A stretch of 52,683 nucleotides of DNA, the filler included, from Squatina squatina (lineage: Eukaryota), in assembly GCA_031763465.1 (NCBI GenBank). It is 3 parts of 2 records of this genome, joined end to end, with 100 filler letters (N's around TTAATTAATTAA, not from the genome) between each part and the next. Parts side by side here need not be neighbours in the genome. Positions count along the whole stretch, not along the records: positions 20,303 to 38,231 come from JARFOE010340424.1; 2 more parts are not named here. One strand, given 5' to 3'. Numbering within the stretch: position 1 is the first letter of the stretch; every line of letters starts with the position of its first letter. The notes under the pieces are model-generated. The model worked only from the letters and a program-made list of their open reading frames with translations, searched no databases and was not told the origin of the DNA. Made by a program: the position numbers and the translations under genes. Positions 24,901-37,054 of the stretch are shown piece after piece.

Positions 24901-25184
24901 TCTATCGCACTCAGGGCAGCGATGTCAATTTTGAAGCATCTGAGCGCCTGGCCTATGATAGCGGTGCACCATTCAGATCTGTCGCTGGTGTTGTCTTCCA
25001 GACGTTCCCGAAGTCCCTGGTCCCAAACTTCATTTTGATGGATGTAAGATACCTCAAAATGAATTATTTAAAAGCCGGGCGGCCACTGCAGAGCGACCGC
25101 CACACGATCTTGGCAGGGAAAATGGGAAGGAGGGCAAAAAAATAATTGGAGAACAGTCTCTGTTGCATGGACTTAGTGCGCATG

Positions 25185-25212
25185 CACACACACTCAAACA
25201 CACACACACACA
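25185..25212. repeat. Imperfect (CA)n microsatellite
   Basis: cacacacactcaaacacacacacacaca. Confidence 0.8.
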
Positions 25213-25214
25213 AA

Positions 25215-27130
25215 TTATGTTCCAGCTCTCTGGGCACCGCATCTTCAGGCATATCACATTCCATTCACCGGATCCCCCTGGGTGTGTAATCATCCTGGGC
25301 ATGTTGCTGGACACCGAGGTCCCTTGTTCTGCGTGGGACAGCTTCCCAAATTCTCTGGGATGCGATGCAGGAGTTTTGCGGTCCACGGCTCTCGGAGATT
25401 CTTTCACTGCATTGGTTAAGTGCGCTGTGTGGAGCTCCAGCTCTCTCAATCAGTCCCAGTGGCCGGTGAGGATTAGGTCGTCTCTTGGTGTCTCTCGGCT
25501 GTCTCAGTACTGCCCTAAGCTGGTCTGCTCGATTTCCTGGGGGCCGGACCGGTGTCTCACCTTCCTCAGGCCGCCGTCGCGTGATACCCAGTAACCACAT
25601 CATGTCTATTGTGGTTTCTGCTGGAGTAGTTGCTGGATGGTGGATTTTAGGATTGAAAGAAGAAAGCATTCCTGGCTCACAAGCGGCCCAAAGCACCTTC
25701 TTATTTCCCCATCGTTCAATACACTGAGAATCTGCAAAAACACTGCACAGTCCTGCACGTCAAAAACCGAGTAATCCCCATCTTTTATCAACCCCTGTCT
25801 TGTGAACCGGTGCATCAATATCTTGGGCCAACAAGGAGATATAATCGGAGTAGGAACTGGTACCTGCTCAGTTCGCATTAGGTCGATTAGTGGTAATAAA
25901 ATAGGCCACTGGTAGCGCCTTCACAGGTCACACTTCATCACACTCGGGATCGCAGTCGCATGTAGCCTCTTGGTTCAAATTATCACAAGTAAAATCGTTG
26001 TTATCGTGTCCATTTTTTTGTCCAGATGCTTGCAATAAGTTACAACAGGGACAAGGGCTCCCTAGCTGTTTAAGGCTCTCTGTAATTCATACATTCTGAA
26101 TTCACATTGGATGTAATCCACCCATTGAATTGGCTGGATCAGAAGATCATGCAAGGCTGCTCTATCATTTTCTCAATCTTGGTGTAATTTTTTGCGCTGT
26201 GTTTGTAAAATATCCAGTTCCTGTGGAGCTGGGGGACTCCCGAACCCTTGGGCTGCAGCGGTGGTCACTGCAAGTTGCAACTAAGCCAGCATAACCGACA
26301 CATTATCCAATTGTTGTCGATGTGTCGTCGCATTCTGCCTTTACTGTTTTAACATATCACTCACTATATTTTCACGTCACTTTGTGCAAAGGTGAGCTGC
26401 ATATCTTACAAATGTCTCGCAGCTTTCAAGTTGTTCTCTTTCTCAGTCAACATCCCATCGCCATCACATATATCTGTCATTTTTTGTCATTATGATGACC
26501 AGCACCTGACTGCCGGCTATATCATTAAGCTTCTTTTGAAGAGCTTTCCAGAAAATCTCCATGGTAACTTGACCTACTGGACGGGCACACCAATACACCC
26601 ACCAAAGCAATTAGCCAATTTAACAAAGCCTGGCTTTAGAATTTCCGTTCACCGCAGGAATTTGTTGTCTCACAGTCAGGAGGCCTTCCAATCATGTCCT
26701 GCCAGGGTCGCCAATTATTTATGGCGCTTGTATTTCAAATCAAACAAGCTTTTCAACAACAAATATGTTTATTGTGTTTGACCAAGTCCAGGCAGCACAA
26801 TGGATCTGAGCAGCAGACATACAGAGAAATAAGCAAAATTATCACGTTTTCCCCGGGTAGATATGTAATCTTTGTCAAACCTCTCAATCCTGGCTCTTTC
26901 TCCAACTTGTTAATGGGAACTTATGATCTTTATCGGCCTCCATTCAGGCATACTGCCCATGCTGATTCGTTACGGCCTGTCAAGTGTTATCATGAAGAAA
27001 ATCCCCAGAAATTGGATATTCCCTCAAAACAGCATCTGGCAACTTGTTTACCATTGGGGATGGTAACTAATCATCATGAGCTCCCTTGTTCCTGTTTTGA
27101 GAATGCAATGGCTATCTTGTTTCACAAAAT
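25215..27130 (-). mobile_element. LTR retroelement 5' portion: LTR, PBS and decayed gag-like ORF
   Basis: On the - strand: AATAAA near 26770, then TGGCGACCCTGGCAGGAC (PBS), then a stop-riddled coiled-coil frame (QTQRKKLHQD*ENDRAALHDLL...VDYIQCEFRMYELQRAL) and a capsid-like GAPHSALNQCSERISE...RIW segment. Outer LTR boundary approximate. Confidence 0.6.
26696..26713 (-). other. Primer-binding site, tRNA-Arg-like
   Basis: TGGCGACCCTGGCAGGAC starts with TGG (complement of tRNA CCA) and resembles the complement of tRNA-Arg 3' ends (e.g. TGGCGAGCCAGCCAGGAG). Confidence 0.65.
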
Positions 27131-27789
27131 GACAACAAAATCAGTAGCCTGACGTAAATTGGATATCCTGCACTTTTAAGTGAAAACTAAAGAGCACAGT
27201 CAGCTAAATTGTGACCTAACACATGAAACCCTGAAGCATACTGGGGAAAAAACAACTGTTGAGACTTTTATTGTTTCTTGCTACAACAAAAACAATAGTT
27301 ACAATGTAAAAGGATCCAGTAACTTTCGTCATATGAGATTAAAGCGAATCCTAATGCGACATATATCTGTGTATAAGAATAAGGTATAGCTGGTCTACAA
27401 CCGTTATTCAGCAAAACACACTGCTTTTGCACTGTCACGCTGACTATTAGCAGATGCAGCATGAGTATCAGCCACACACATGTTATTGTTGCTCGAAGGG
27501 CGGGAGGAGCAGCTTGAGAATTGAAGTTACCTGAACAGTTACCTCTCATCTCTCTTTTACTGTGGGGATGTGCACTGTGAACTGTTAACAGCTATTGACA
27601 TGTAAACAATTTCTCATCCCCTCTTACCATTCTTCAGTGAAAAGAAATATTATGTTTGCCGGACAAAATGTAATTATGTTAGTTTTTTCTCCTCTTTCAG
27701 AATGAAGGCAAATAATCAGGCTGTACCTTGTCTTTCCTTACATTTGATATCTTGTTGTTGTCAAGATTCACAGTTTTTTGTGGTCGATC

Positions 27790-28760
27790 CTGGGATGTGG
27801 GCTTTGCTGGCAAGGCCAGCTTTTATTGCCCATCCCTAGTTGCCCATAAGAAGCTGGTACTGAGCGGCCTTCTTCAAACGCTGCAGTCCATGAGGTGAAG
27901 GAACTCCCACAGTGCTGTCAGGGAGGGATTTCCTGGATTTTGACCCAGTGATGACAAAGGAACGTGATTGAGCTCCAATTCAGGATGGCATGTAACTTGG
28001 AGAGGAACTTGGAGGGGGTGCTCTTCCCATGTGTCTTCTGCCCTTCTACTTATAAATGGTAGAGAAAGTGGGTTAGGGAGGTGCTGCCTAAGAAGCCTTG
28101 GCAAGTTGCTGCAGTGCATCTTCTGGGTGGTACTCACTGCAGCCACATTGCGCCAGTTTTGCAGTGAGTGAATGTTTAAGGTGATCAAAGTGGTGCCGAT
28201 CAAGCGGGCTGCTTTGGCCTGGATCCTGTCGTGCTTCTTGAATTTTGTTGGAGCTGCACTCCTCCAGGCAAGTGGAGAATATTCCATCACACTCCTGACT
28301 TGTGCTTTGTAGACCTGCTCTTGTAGCCACAATGTTTATGTGACTGCTCCAGTTCAATCTATGGTCAATGTTCACCCCCAGGATGTAGCTGGTGGTGGAT
28401 TCAGTGATGGTAATGCCGTTGAAAATCAAGGGATGGTGGGTAGACCTCCACTTGTTGGAGATATTCAATGCCTGGCACTTTTGTGGCGCGAATGATATTT
28501 GCCAATTATCTGACCAAGCCTCGATGTTGTCCAGGACTTTCTGCATGCTGGCCTGGATGTCTACATTAATTGAGTAGTTGCCAATGGCACTGAACATTGT
28601 GGAGTCATCAGTGAACATCCAGACTTCTGACCTTATGATGAAGGGAAGGTCACTGATGAAGCAGCTGAAAATGTTTGAGCCTCGGACACTGCCCTGAGGA
28701 ACTCCTGCAGAAATGCCCTGGGGCTGTGATGAATGACCTCCAACCATTACAGCCTTCTTC
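27790..28760 (-). mobile_element. CR1 LINE, 5'-truncated (RT core to 3' UTR)
   Basis: SAGVPQGSVRGSNIFSCFISDLP...WMFTDDST (FADD motif), KAQVRSVMEYSPLAW, and the shared 3' tail. Confidence 0.92.
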
Positions 28761-29149
28761 AACTGTCGGAACAGAAAACACAAAATGCTGGAGCAATGCT
28801 AAAAGACAGAGGCCAATGTCCAGTCGCTAATGTTGGATGGACGTTTCCACATTTTTCATTTTGTGGGTATATCCTAGGCGTTTTGCTTCACTGTCAGTGC
28901 AGCAGATCCACAGAGGGCAACAGCCAGATGAACATATGAATGTGAGTGGGCAGTACAGGGATTAGGTCACAGCTTCAACGCAAAGAATGGGGGACAATAA
29001 TTCTAAATACTACTTGGTAAACATCTGCTGAAATACTGTAATGTAATAATTTATGCTTATCACAAATAAAGCCATTTTAACTATAACGAACATGTTGACA
29101 CTAACAAACAATTGAATAGACAATTACAAAAAGGACAAAAACGCGCATT

Positions 29150-29380
29150 CCTTGATGTGATGGTGGGACTTTTCTTTAAGTGGGCAGGCCTTGAGCTAAT
29201 AATGGATATTCTCTTTAACCTGGAAGACCTTGAGGTGATAGTGGACATTCTCTTCAACTGGGCGGGGAATTAAGCTGATAGTGGACCTTCGCTTTAACCG
29301 GGATGAATTTGAGGTGATGATGGGTCTTCTCTTTAACCAGGATATCCTTGAGGTAGAGAAGGGACTTTTATTCAAATGGG
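29150..29380. repeat. Degenerate 39-bp minisatellite, about 6 copies
   Basis: Units of ccttgaggtgatagtggacattctctttaac... start at 29150, 29189 and 29228 and continue with the same period. Confidence 0.85.
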
Positions 29381-29925
29381 CAGTAAATATTTGTACCAGA
29401 AAGCGAAGTTGGGCTGTCACTGTTTGTTGAGAATTGTTTGAAAATAACAGAGGTTTGTCTCTTGGACACGATGAGATCGGGAAGGGCATAATGGTTCATA
29501 TAAGGTTATCTAGAGAAAGATCATAATTCTGAGTTAGAGCACCACGCATTGTCCTTCAAGGCGATAGGGAAGTATAGGGGCCAAATCAGGTGAAATGATA
29601 CTTTCTGTATTAGTGTCAAAGAAGTCCCTTACTTAAATGGAGTTGTTGTCAGAGCTGAATTTTGAAGGGAAGGACAGATGTGTTTATCGATATGGTATTA
29701 AGTTTTGAAATCGAAGGCTGTGGGTTATGATTGCTTTCCGGGATAATACTGGAGCTGTTTTAGTAGAGGGACCGAAGAGCTGATGGGGCTGGATGTGGAG
29801 AGCCAGATGTACCAATTAATGGCTAAACCAGTTGTGGACCATGTACAATCGAATAGTTGCCTTGGACTTTTCGTAGCTAGAATGGGATGCAGTCCTGCAG
29901 AATGCCCAGGATAGAAGAGGATAAT

Positions 29926-30611
29926 GCCTCTGAAATTACGATTTCCCTGCGTGGGCATGGTGTTCCCACGCACTCGAGCAGACACAACAGAAACCGGTTA
30001 TGGAGTTAACTTTGTGAGCCCACAAAAGCGGCATAGCGATCTGTGCAGAAACAAAGCTGAGGCTGCAAAGCCCATCCCCAGTGCTGAGCGTTGCGATATT
30101 TTCACAATACCTGCACTGGGGATCACTTGATATTTTTTTACAGATGAATGTTAAAAAATGTCTTTAAAACAAAATAATGGCGCATTACTTTAAACCCATT
30201 CCCGGTCAGCAAAGTATGTTGTTAAACATTTTAAAATATTTTATTTTAAAATTGAAAAAATTGTGTTATTTATCTCCTTTTTATTAAATTTTAATTTTAG
30301 AAAGTTTCAAAAATGTTTTGGGATGTGCTTGTGTTGCTTTTCATATTGTATTCAAGTTTTCACAGATCTTGACAGATCGCTTGGAACTGTCAAAACTTCA
30401 ATAAAAAATACAATTACCTGATTGGCCTGGAACTCCCCAGCCTCTTTGCTCGATTGGCCTAGGGAACTCGAGAGCCCCGCTCTGAATCCCCAACTCGGGG
30501 TGCTGAAAATCACAAGATTGCCTGGATCCAGGACCCTGAGATTAGTATGGAACTTTGTTTGCAATTGTAGGCATCCGCACGCATTTAGCCGCAAATCGGA
30601 ATTTCACGGCC
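29926..30611. mobile_element. MITE with terminal inverted repeats (Harbinger-like)
   Basis: Left end gcctctgaaattacgattt versus reverse complement of right end ggccgtgaaattccgattt; AT-rich centre. Confidence 0.7.
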
Positions 30612-31244
30612 ATTGCCTTCACTGTGGATAAGGAACACAACAGTGTTGGTGTGTGATTGGTGGAGTTCTTCAACAGCGGTGGAAGTATCTTTGGAAATCT
30701 ACACGCTTTGTCAGTTTGAGTTTTGAAGTGTCAAAAGCTACTTGGCGAGAGATTACTTCACGTGTGTGGACACAGGACGAAGACGGGTGGGAAAGCAACA
30801 TGGCATGTGGGTGGTGAGGGATTCACAAAGTTGTTGTAGAGGGCTTTGTGTGTGAATGAAGAAATGAAAAGGGAGAGGCGACAGAGACGCAAGCTTGAAG
30901 AATGTGAAAATCATTGTGCGCAGATTGTTGGCTTCACATTGTTCATCCTACCTGACCATTATTAAAATACTTTATATATATATATGGGCATTCCCACTTC
31001 ACATCCATGATAATCTTCCGACAGGATATTTAGTGATGCAAGGAGTGTTGGCTTGAAATGTAAACTGAATGTTTTTGTTCAGACACTGTAATTAATGTCA
31101 TTCTCCAGGGGCGCTAATTATGCCACTGGAGGGGTTCCCTCCTGTATTAATAATGGAATAATGTCAATGTGTTGTCCCACAGTGTTAGAGAGACCATCAC
31201 CTCTGGCATTAAGAGGGGTTTGCGGCCCTACCTGAGGATGAAGT

Positions 31245-31329
31245 ATGTTTGATGAGTTTCAGATACTCGCGGCCTTTTATGAGATAGAGAAGATGTACTA
31301 GCCCATTCTTGCTGCTGGTGGTGTTCCTG
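31245..31329 (+). pseudogene. GPR139/GPR142-like GPCR pseudogene, exon 1 (start of TM1)
   Basis: MFDEFQILAAFYEIEKMY*PILAAGGVP then G|gtaagt; matches the YYP.LA..GVP motif with an in-frame stop. True start uncertain. Confidence 0.8.
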
Positions 31330-32660
31330 GTAAGTCACTATATGCACCATTCATGTTGTAGATCTTGTTTAACTGTGTACCTGTATTTTCTCATTGAGGT
31401 CACAATACCACGAAAGTGATTGAGTGCAGAGCTTCACTCTGGCTGTGGACTGATAATGTTCCGTGATTCCTCACTGTGATTGTGACACAATCACCCGTAC
31501 ACTGCTCTGATTGCACTGAATAGGAATTCTCACCTTTCGCTCCTTTCTCCACTTCAGATCCGAATCTTCTTTTAGTTTGCAACACGAGCTAAGTTACTGA
31601 ATGACTCGCTGATGAAGCACTTTATGTTCTGAGTCTGCACTTGTATTCGATCGGACAAATGTGGCCATGGGTTCCCAGGATGCATATTTGAAAAAGGAAC
31701 TCCCCCATCCCGTGCCCCTCAAGCACAGATTAGGAGAATCTCTCAGTTAGATCTTATGTTGCTCTGTTCCATCTCTGGCTCTGTTTTCATGTAACTGATT
31801 CTTGTTGAGTGTCACCGGAGAACAATGAACAATGAGATCACTTTATTGAGGCAAATGCATTGCATCAATTGGAGTTTGATCAAATCTCACCAATGGACAC
31901 AGAGCTCCCGGTTGGTGCTGATCTACTTGGGATAAGATACATTAATAATTCTCATCGACAGTTGCTGATCTCCGGATTTATGCTAATCTCCACCGCAGAT
32001 ACTGAACTCTGGGTTAAAGCTGATCTTGTTGGGTTCAGCCACTTGAGTAAATATCAAACACGTGGACTGAATACGGATTAAAACTGATCTGGTTGGGTTC
32101 AATTATTTTCACAAATGCCGAAGCGCTAATTTAATCTATGTCAATAAAAATGAAATCAAATAAATCTTCAATCATACAGCTGGGGACAGATTGAATTCTT
32201 TGCGATGTTGTGAAATGGCCGATCACAATCGGCTGTCGAATTAAACCATGCCCGATTTTCCTTTACATTAATGCGGAGCGTGTAGGGTGGACTGAGTCTG
32301 TCTGCTCCATTTGAAACCAACCTCCATCACGGTAAATGCACCGACCATCAGTGGAGAGAAGAAAAAGTCACCAGTTTGTGTGCGGACCCTACTCAAAACA
32401 TGATTGGTCACATTATTAAAGCAGTTTTAGTCAAGATTATTTGGAACTAACTGAAGATTCTTTGATTGGAAAGTCATGTAAAATGTTATTTAATAATGGA
32501 CCTGAAATTGATATTGGAGGCTTCCTGCATTCTGGGTCTTTACACCACTGAGAGTTTTATTCAGGACAATGGGAATCACAACCCAACTTCATCCACTTCC
32601 ACGCAATATCCGCACCTCTGGTTGATTTTTTTCATCCTCTTGCAGATTTTACCACAAGTG

Positions 32661-33045
32661 TCACTGACTCACTTTTCCCGGTCACTGACTCACTCTCCCC
32701 GGTCCCTGACTCACTCTCCCCGGTCAGTGACTCACTCTCCCCGGTCCCTGACTCACTCTCCGCGCCCAATGACTCTCTCTCCTCGGTGAGTGACTCACTC
32801 TCCCCGGTGACTCACTCACTCTCCACGCCCAATGACTCTCTCTCCCCGGTCCCTGACTCACTCTCCCCGGTCCCTGACTCACTCTCCACGCCCAATGACT
32901 CTCTCTCCCCGGTCATTGACTCACTCTCCACGACCAATGACTCACTCTCCTCGGTCCCTAATTCACTCTCCACGCCCAATGACTCTCTCTCCTCGATGAC
33001 TGACTCACTCTCCATGGTCACTGACACACTTTCCCCAGTCACTGA
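32661..33045. repeat. 21-23 bp minisatellite (tgactcactctccccggtccc and variants) in the GPCR intron
   Basis: Roughly 17 consecutive units; source of the low-complexity SLTHSPR/DSLSP ORFs. Confidence 0.95.
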
Positions 33046-33384
33046 CTTGCTGCCCCCAGACTACACTCCTTTAATTGCCATTCGGGATTCTCCTGATTGT
33101 CTGCTGTAATCGGGCAGTGGTTCTGGAGAAACCCGGATGAACACATGCGTAGAATTGAATCACAGTCCAGTTGTCCCAAATTAGCTCCTGATTGAGTGCA
33201 GACTGAAAATGGAATCGGAGAAGGTCTATAATTACAGGGTTCCTGCAGCACCGGGCAATGATTTAACAAAGCTGAATGGGATGGACAATATCACTTCGTA
33301 ATTGATGGTATGATGCTTATTTTAGACCGGGCATTACTCCTGTCTTATTGAATCTCATTGATTGGTTCAGTTTTTGTATTGAAC

Positions 33385-33797
33385 CCTGGGATGTTGGCAA
33401 GGCCAGCATTTATTGCCCATCCCCAGTTACCCTTGAGAAGGTGGTGATGATCCGACTTCTTGAACCATTGTCGACCTTGTGGTGACCTTTCATAGCAGTT
33501 GTTCATAACTGAGTATCTTCCTGGGCCATTTCAGAGGTTAGTTAAGGGTCAACCACATATCGGCCAGAAAAGGATGCCAGATTCCCTTCCCTAAAGGACA
33601 TTAGCGAAGCAGATGTGTTTTTATGACAATCCCATAGTTACTGTTTGTGACACTTGCATTTCTTTTAAATTCAGATTGTTTACTTTATTGAAATTAAATT
33701 CCACAGTTGCTGTGGTGGGATTTGAACTCGCCACTCTAAATCAATAGCCCAATTCACTGGATTACTAGTCCCACTACTTAATCACTGTGCTACCAAC
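33385..33797 (-). mobile_element. tRNA-derived SINE with CR1-type tail
   Basis: B-box gagttcaaatcccacc on the - strand near 33714-33730; tail shared with the CR1 3' ends in this window. Confidence 0.7.
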
Positions 33798-34001
33798 TGA
33801 GTTTGCCAAAAACTACTGATTAGAGACTGTACTGTTTTCATTGAAAATCCTGTCACCATCAGAAAAGCCCTTTCTCAGGAAATATATTAAACACCACCAC
33901 TGGAATAGTAACAATGGTTGAAATGTCTCCACAACTCCATCACCCCGCTGATTTCACTCTCAACCTGAGTTAATTTGTCTGCTTATTTCCCTTCCGCACA
34001 G

Positions 34002-34889
34002 TGAAATTGGTGACGATGTGCTCCTGTCTCGGAGAAATTGTGGTCTCTAGAAATGTGTCACTCGCTACCTGATGGCCATCGCAGTAGCTGATCTACTGGT
34101 CATTATCTTCAGCGTAATATTGAGGCAGATTCCAATCGCACATCATCTAATATTTGTGCGGTTCATCCCTGTCTGTAATATCCACGCTGCCCTGCTTTAT
34201 GCGGCCACAGACTGGACTGTCTGGTCCGTCACTTTCACCTTTGATCGTAATGTGGCAATTTGTTGTCAGAAGCTGAAAAATAAATATTGCATGTAGAAAA
34301 CTGCGGCTGTGGTTCTGGGAAAAGTAACTGTGCTGATCTGTTTAAATAATATTTTCTGGTACTTTATTTATGTACTTTGGTACAAGTTGAGCAATTGACC
34401 CTGGTTCTCTTACGTGACTGTTCATGTACTGATTTGAATGTCTTCGGCAACAATCGAGTTTCTTCGTTTCATTCTACCACCGTGCCTCCCAGTTGCTCTG
34501 ATTGTTCTGTTCAATCTGTTCACGTTCAAACACATTTTAGTGGCAAACAGAACCCGCAGGAGACTCCGGGATCACAGCAGCGAGGAGAAACACAGTGACA
34601 CAGAGATTGATAGATGAAGGAAATCCATCATGTTACTGCTTGTTATCTTGGCAAATTTCATTCTGTTTGGGTGGTGTTTATGGTGTATTCTGTATGGAAC
34701 CGGATCTACCGTTTAGTTGAGGATCCTGTATATCTACATTCTTTTGTAAAAGAAATAGGATTCATGCTCCAGCTGCTGAGTTGCTGCACAAGCACGTGTA
34801 TTTATGCCATGATCCGGACTAAATTCAGAGAGTAGTTGAAGAATCTGTTGACATTTCCCTTTGCTCTAATTGTTAAATTTAATTTGTGA
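34002..34889 (+). pseudogene. GPR139/GPR142-like class A GPCR pseudogene, exon 2 (TM1 to TM7)
   Basis: Acceptor ccttccgcacag; LSRRNCGL*KCVTRYLMAIAVADLLV...TFTFDRNVAICCQKLKNKYC...MLQLLSCCTSTCIYAMIRTKFRE. Several stops and frameshifts. Confidence 0.92.
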
Positions 34890-36069
34890 TGAGAAGAATT
34901 AAAGATATTCCACCATCATAACTCAATTCTGTTTCGTGTTCTCAATGAGCGCGATAGGGCTAAATACAAGATGTAGTGAAAGTAGATAAGAAGGAGATCA
35001 TGATATATATCGATGGTTTCTCATGCAGAAAATACTCAATGAACCCAATATAGATGGTATTGTGGCATAAATTTTGAAAGGGAACTTTAGTTGAGATGCT
35101 GGATGTCTAGGTTTAACACAGACACACACACGCACACACGGATTGAACAGACATAGCACACGTTGACCTGATAGTTTAACGTTACAAGGACGTAAATAAC
35201 CTTACTAAAGGGATGTCGGCCGAGAGAGCATGAAGTTTGAAGGCGACATGCTTTGGACACAAGCTGAAAATTTTGGAGACTTGCACAGCACAGAAGCAAA
35301 TAATTCAACATATCGTGCATTTCCAAACTCTTTGAAAGCTCAGTGAAATTTGACCCACTCAGCTGCTCTTTCCCCAGAGCTCTGCAAATTGCACCATTTC
35401 TCAGAATTAACCAATTCCCGTTTGACACGTCGGAGTGAATCGGCTACCTCCAAACTTCTAGGCAGATCCATCACAATAATAATTGCCTGCATTAAGAAAA
35501 CTCCTCATTTTATCACTGGCGTTCTTGTCAAGTATCTTAATTCTGTGTTCTCTCGTTTACAACCAACCTGCCAGTGGAAACAATTTCACTCTACATACTC
35601 TGGTGAAGCCTGTCATGATTTCAACAGCACCGTTATGTCTACCCAACCCTTCTTGGACCAGTGAATTAACAGGTGGCTCTGCTTTTGCTGTCCTTTAAAA
35701 TTCTCATATTTAGTTTTATTGCTTCTCCTTATTTTTACCTCCAAAATGCATGACTGCACAATTCTATGCATTCCATTTCTACTGCTGTGTTTCAGCCCAT
35801 TTCACTGGTCTGCATCTGACCTCCTGAAGTCTGTGAATTTCACCTTTTACTTAAATCGATAACTTTGAATTTTGAAAACGTTAACATTCTGCCATACATG
35901 CTCCGGCCCTGTCCATCAATATATGTCATTACAGGTAGTGTTCCCAACACCTCCGCCTAGGGGCACCACCGTCTACTCCCACCCAGGCCCCCCACACCAC
36001 AGTTTGAAAAACAAACCATTGAAGAGAACATTCAGCTTTCTGTCTTTCAGCGAATTCCGTATAAGGACA

Positions 36070-36600
36070 AAAGAAGATAAGAACTTGGATCAGCAGTAGG
36101 CCAGAGAGATCTTGTCGGCAGTTCTACCATTGAATAAGATCAGGGCTGATCTTTGGCATCAACTTCTCTTTCCTGCTCGATCCCCGGATCCATTGATTCC
36201 CCTCGACTCCAAAAATATTGGGGTCTCAGCAATGAATATTCTCAACAAATGGGCATTCCTCGCCCTTTTAGGTGGAGAATTCCACAGATTCACAACCTTC
36301 TAAGTAAACAAATTCCTCCTCTTCACAGCCCGAAATGGCCAACCCCTTATCCTGAGATTTTGCCGCACAGCTCTCGGCTCACCAACCAGGCGGAGCAATC
36401 TCACAGCATCAATCCTCCTCTGTGTTATATTTATCTATGCAGTCACTGACGTTTAATGCAATGTGTTTCAAGTTTGCCAGCAAATCTACAATGCGATACT
36501 TCAACAAATACCTTCTGTGAGTCCCCAGACACAACAGCAAATGCATTACCTTTATCACCTTCGTCAAAGTACTCAATCAAGTTAGTCAAACATGATTTAT
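36070..36600 (-). mobile_element. CR1 LINE fragments (RT piece and 3' end)
   Basis: KSCLTNLIEYFDE...KVFVEVSHCRFAGKLETH; ggagaattccacagattcacaacc and cattgaataagatcagggctgatct are CR1 3'-region motifs. Confidence 0.8.
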
Positions 36601-36977
36601 TTCCACTAGCGCGTGCAGCCAAGATCAAACGCTTACAATGACAGATGAGTCCATTTCACCGGAATAACTTTATGTACTGGACAATGCTGCTTCAATTATT
36701 TGATCAAAAGTTTGAACTTATCAGGCGTCTCAGTCATCGACTTTCACTTAAGTGTAAATTTAATTGACTAGACTTTAAATGCAACATAATTGGAGACCGT
36801 GCCAGGACGAGGAATAATTAGGGGTTTCAGTGCCTGGTTTGTTGACTGGTCATCACTAATTAGACAGAGAGCTGCAGCACAGTTTCGGGAAATGTAGAGG
36901 ATCTGGGAGAACATATGAATGCGCATTCAAGGCAATATTTTGGGATAAATTTGACACTTCGTTAAATCACAGAAAAT

Positions 36978-37054
36978 CCCTAAACCTATCATTATCTCTA
37001 ACCCTGACCCCAACTGTAACCCTAACCCAACCCTAACCCTAACCTGAAGCCTAA
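36978..37054. repeat. Degenerate telomere-like (CCCTAA)n tract
   Basis: ctaaccctgaccccaactgtaaccctaacccaaccctaaccctaacc. Confidence 0.75.

Noticed and set aside
26392-27152. Plus-strand ORFs (129 and 152 aa) briefly suggesting an endogenous virus such as a hepadnavirus terminal protein
   Set aside because: No diagnostic motifs. The minus-strand LTR-PBS-gag arrangement explains the region better.
29150-33045. Short repeats as a CRISPR-like array
   Set aside because: Units are contiguous and degenerate without unique spacers, the context is eukaryotic, and there are no cas genes.
32466-33109. Ser/Pro/Thr-rich ORFs
   Set aside because: Translations of the 21-bp minisatellite.
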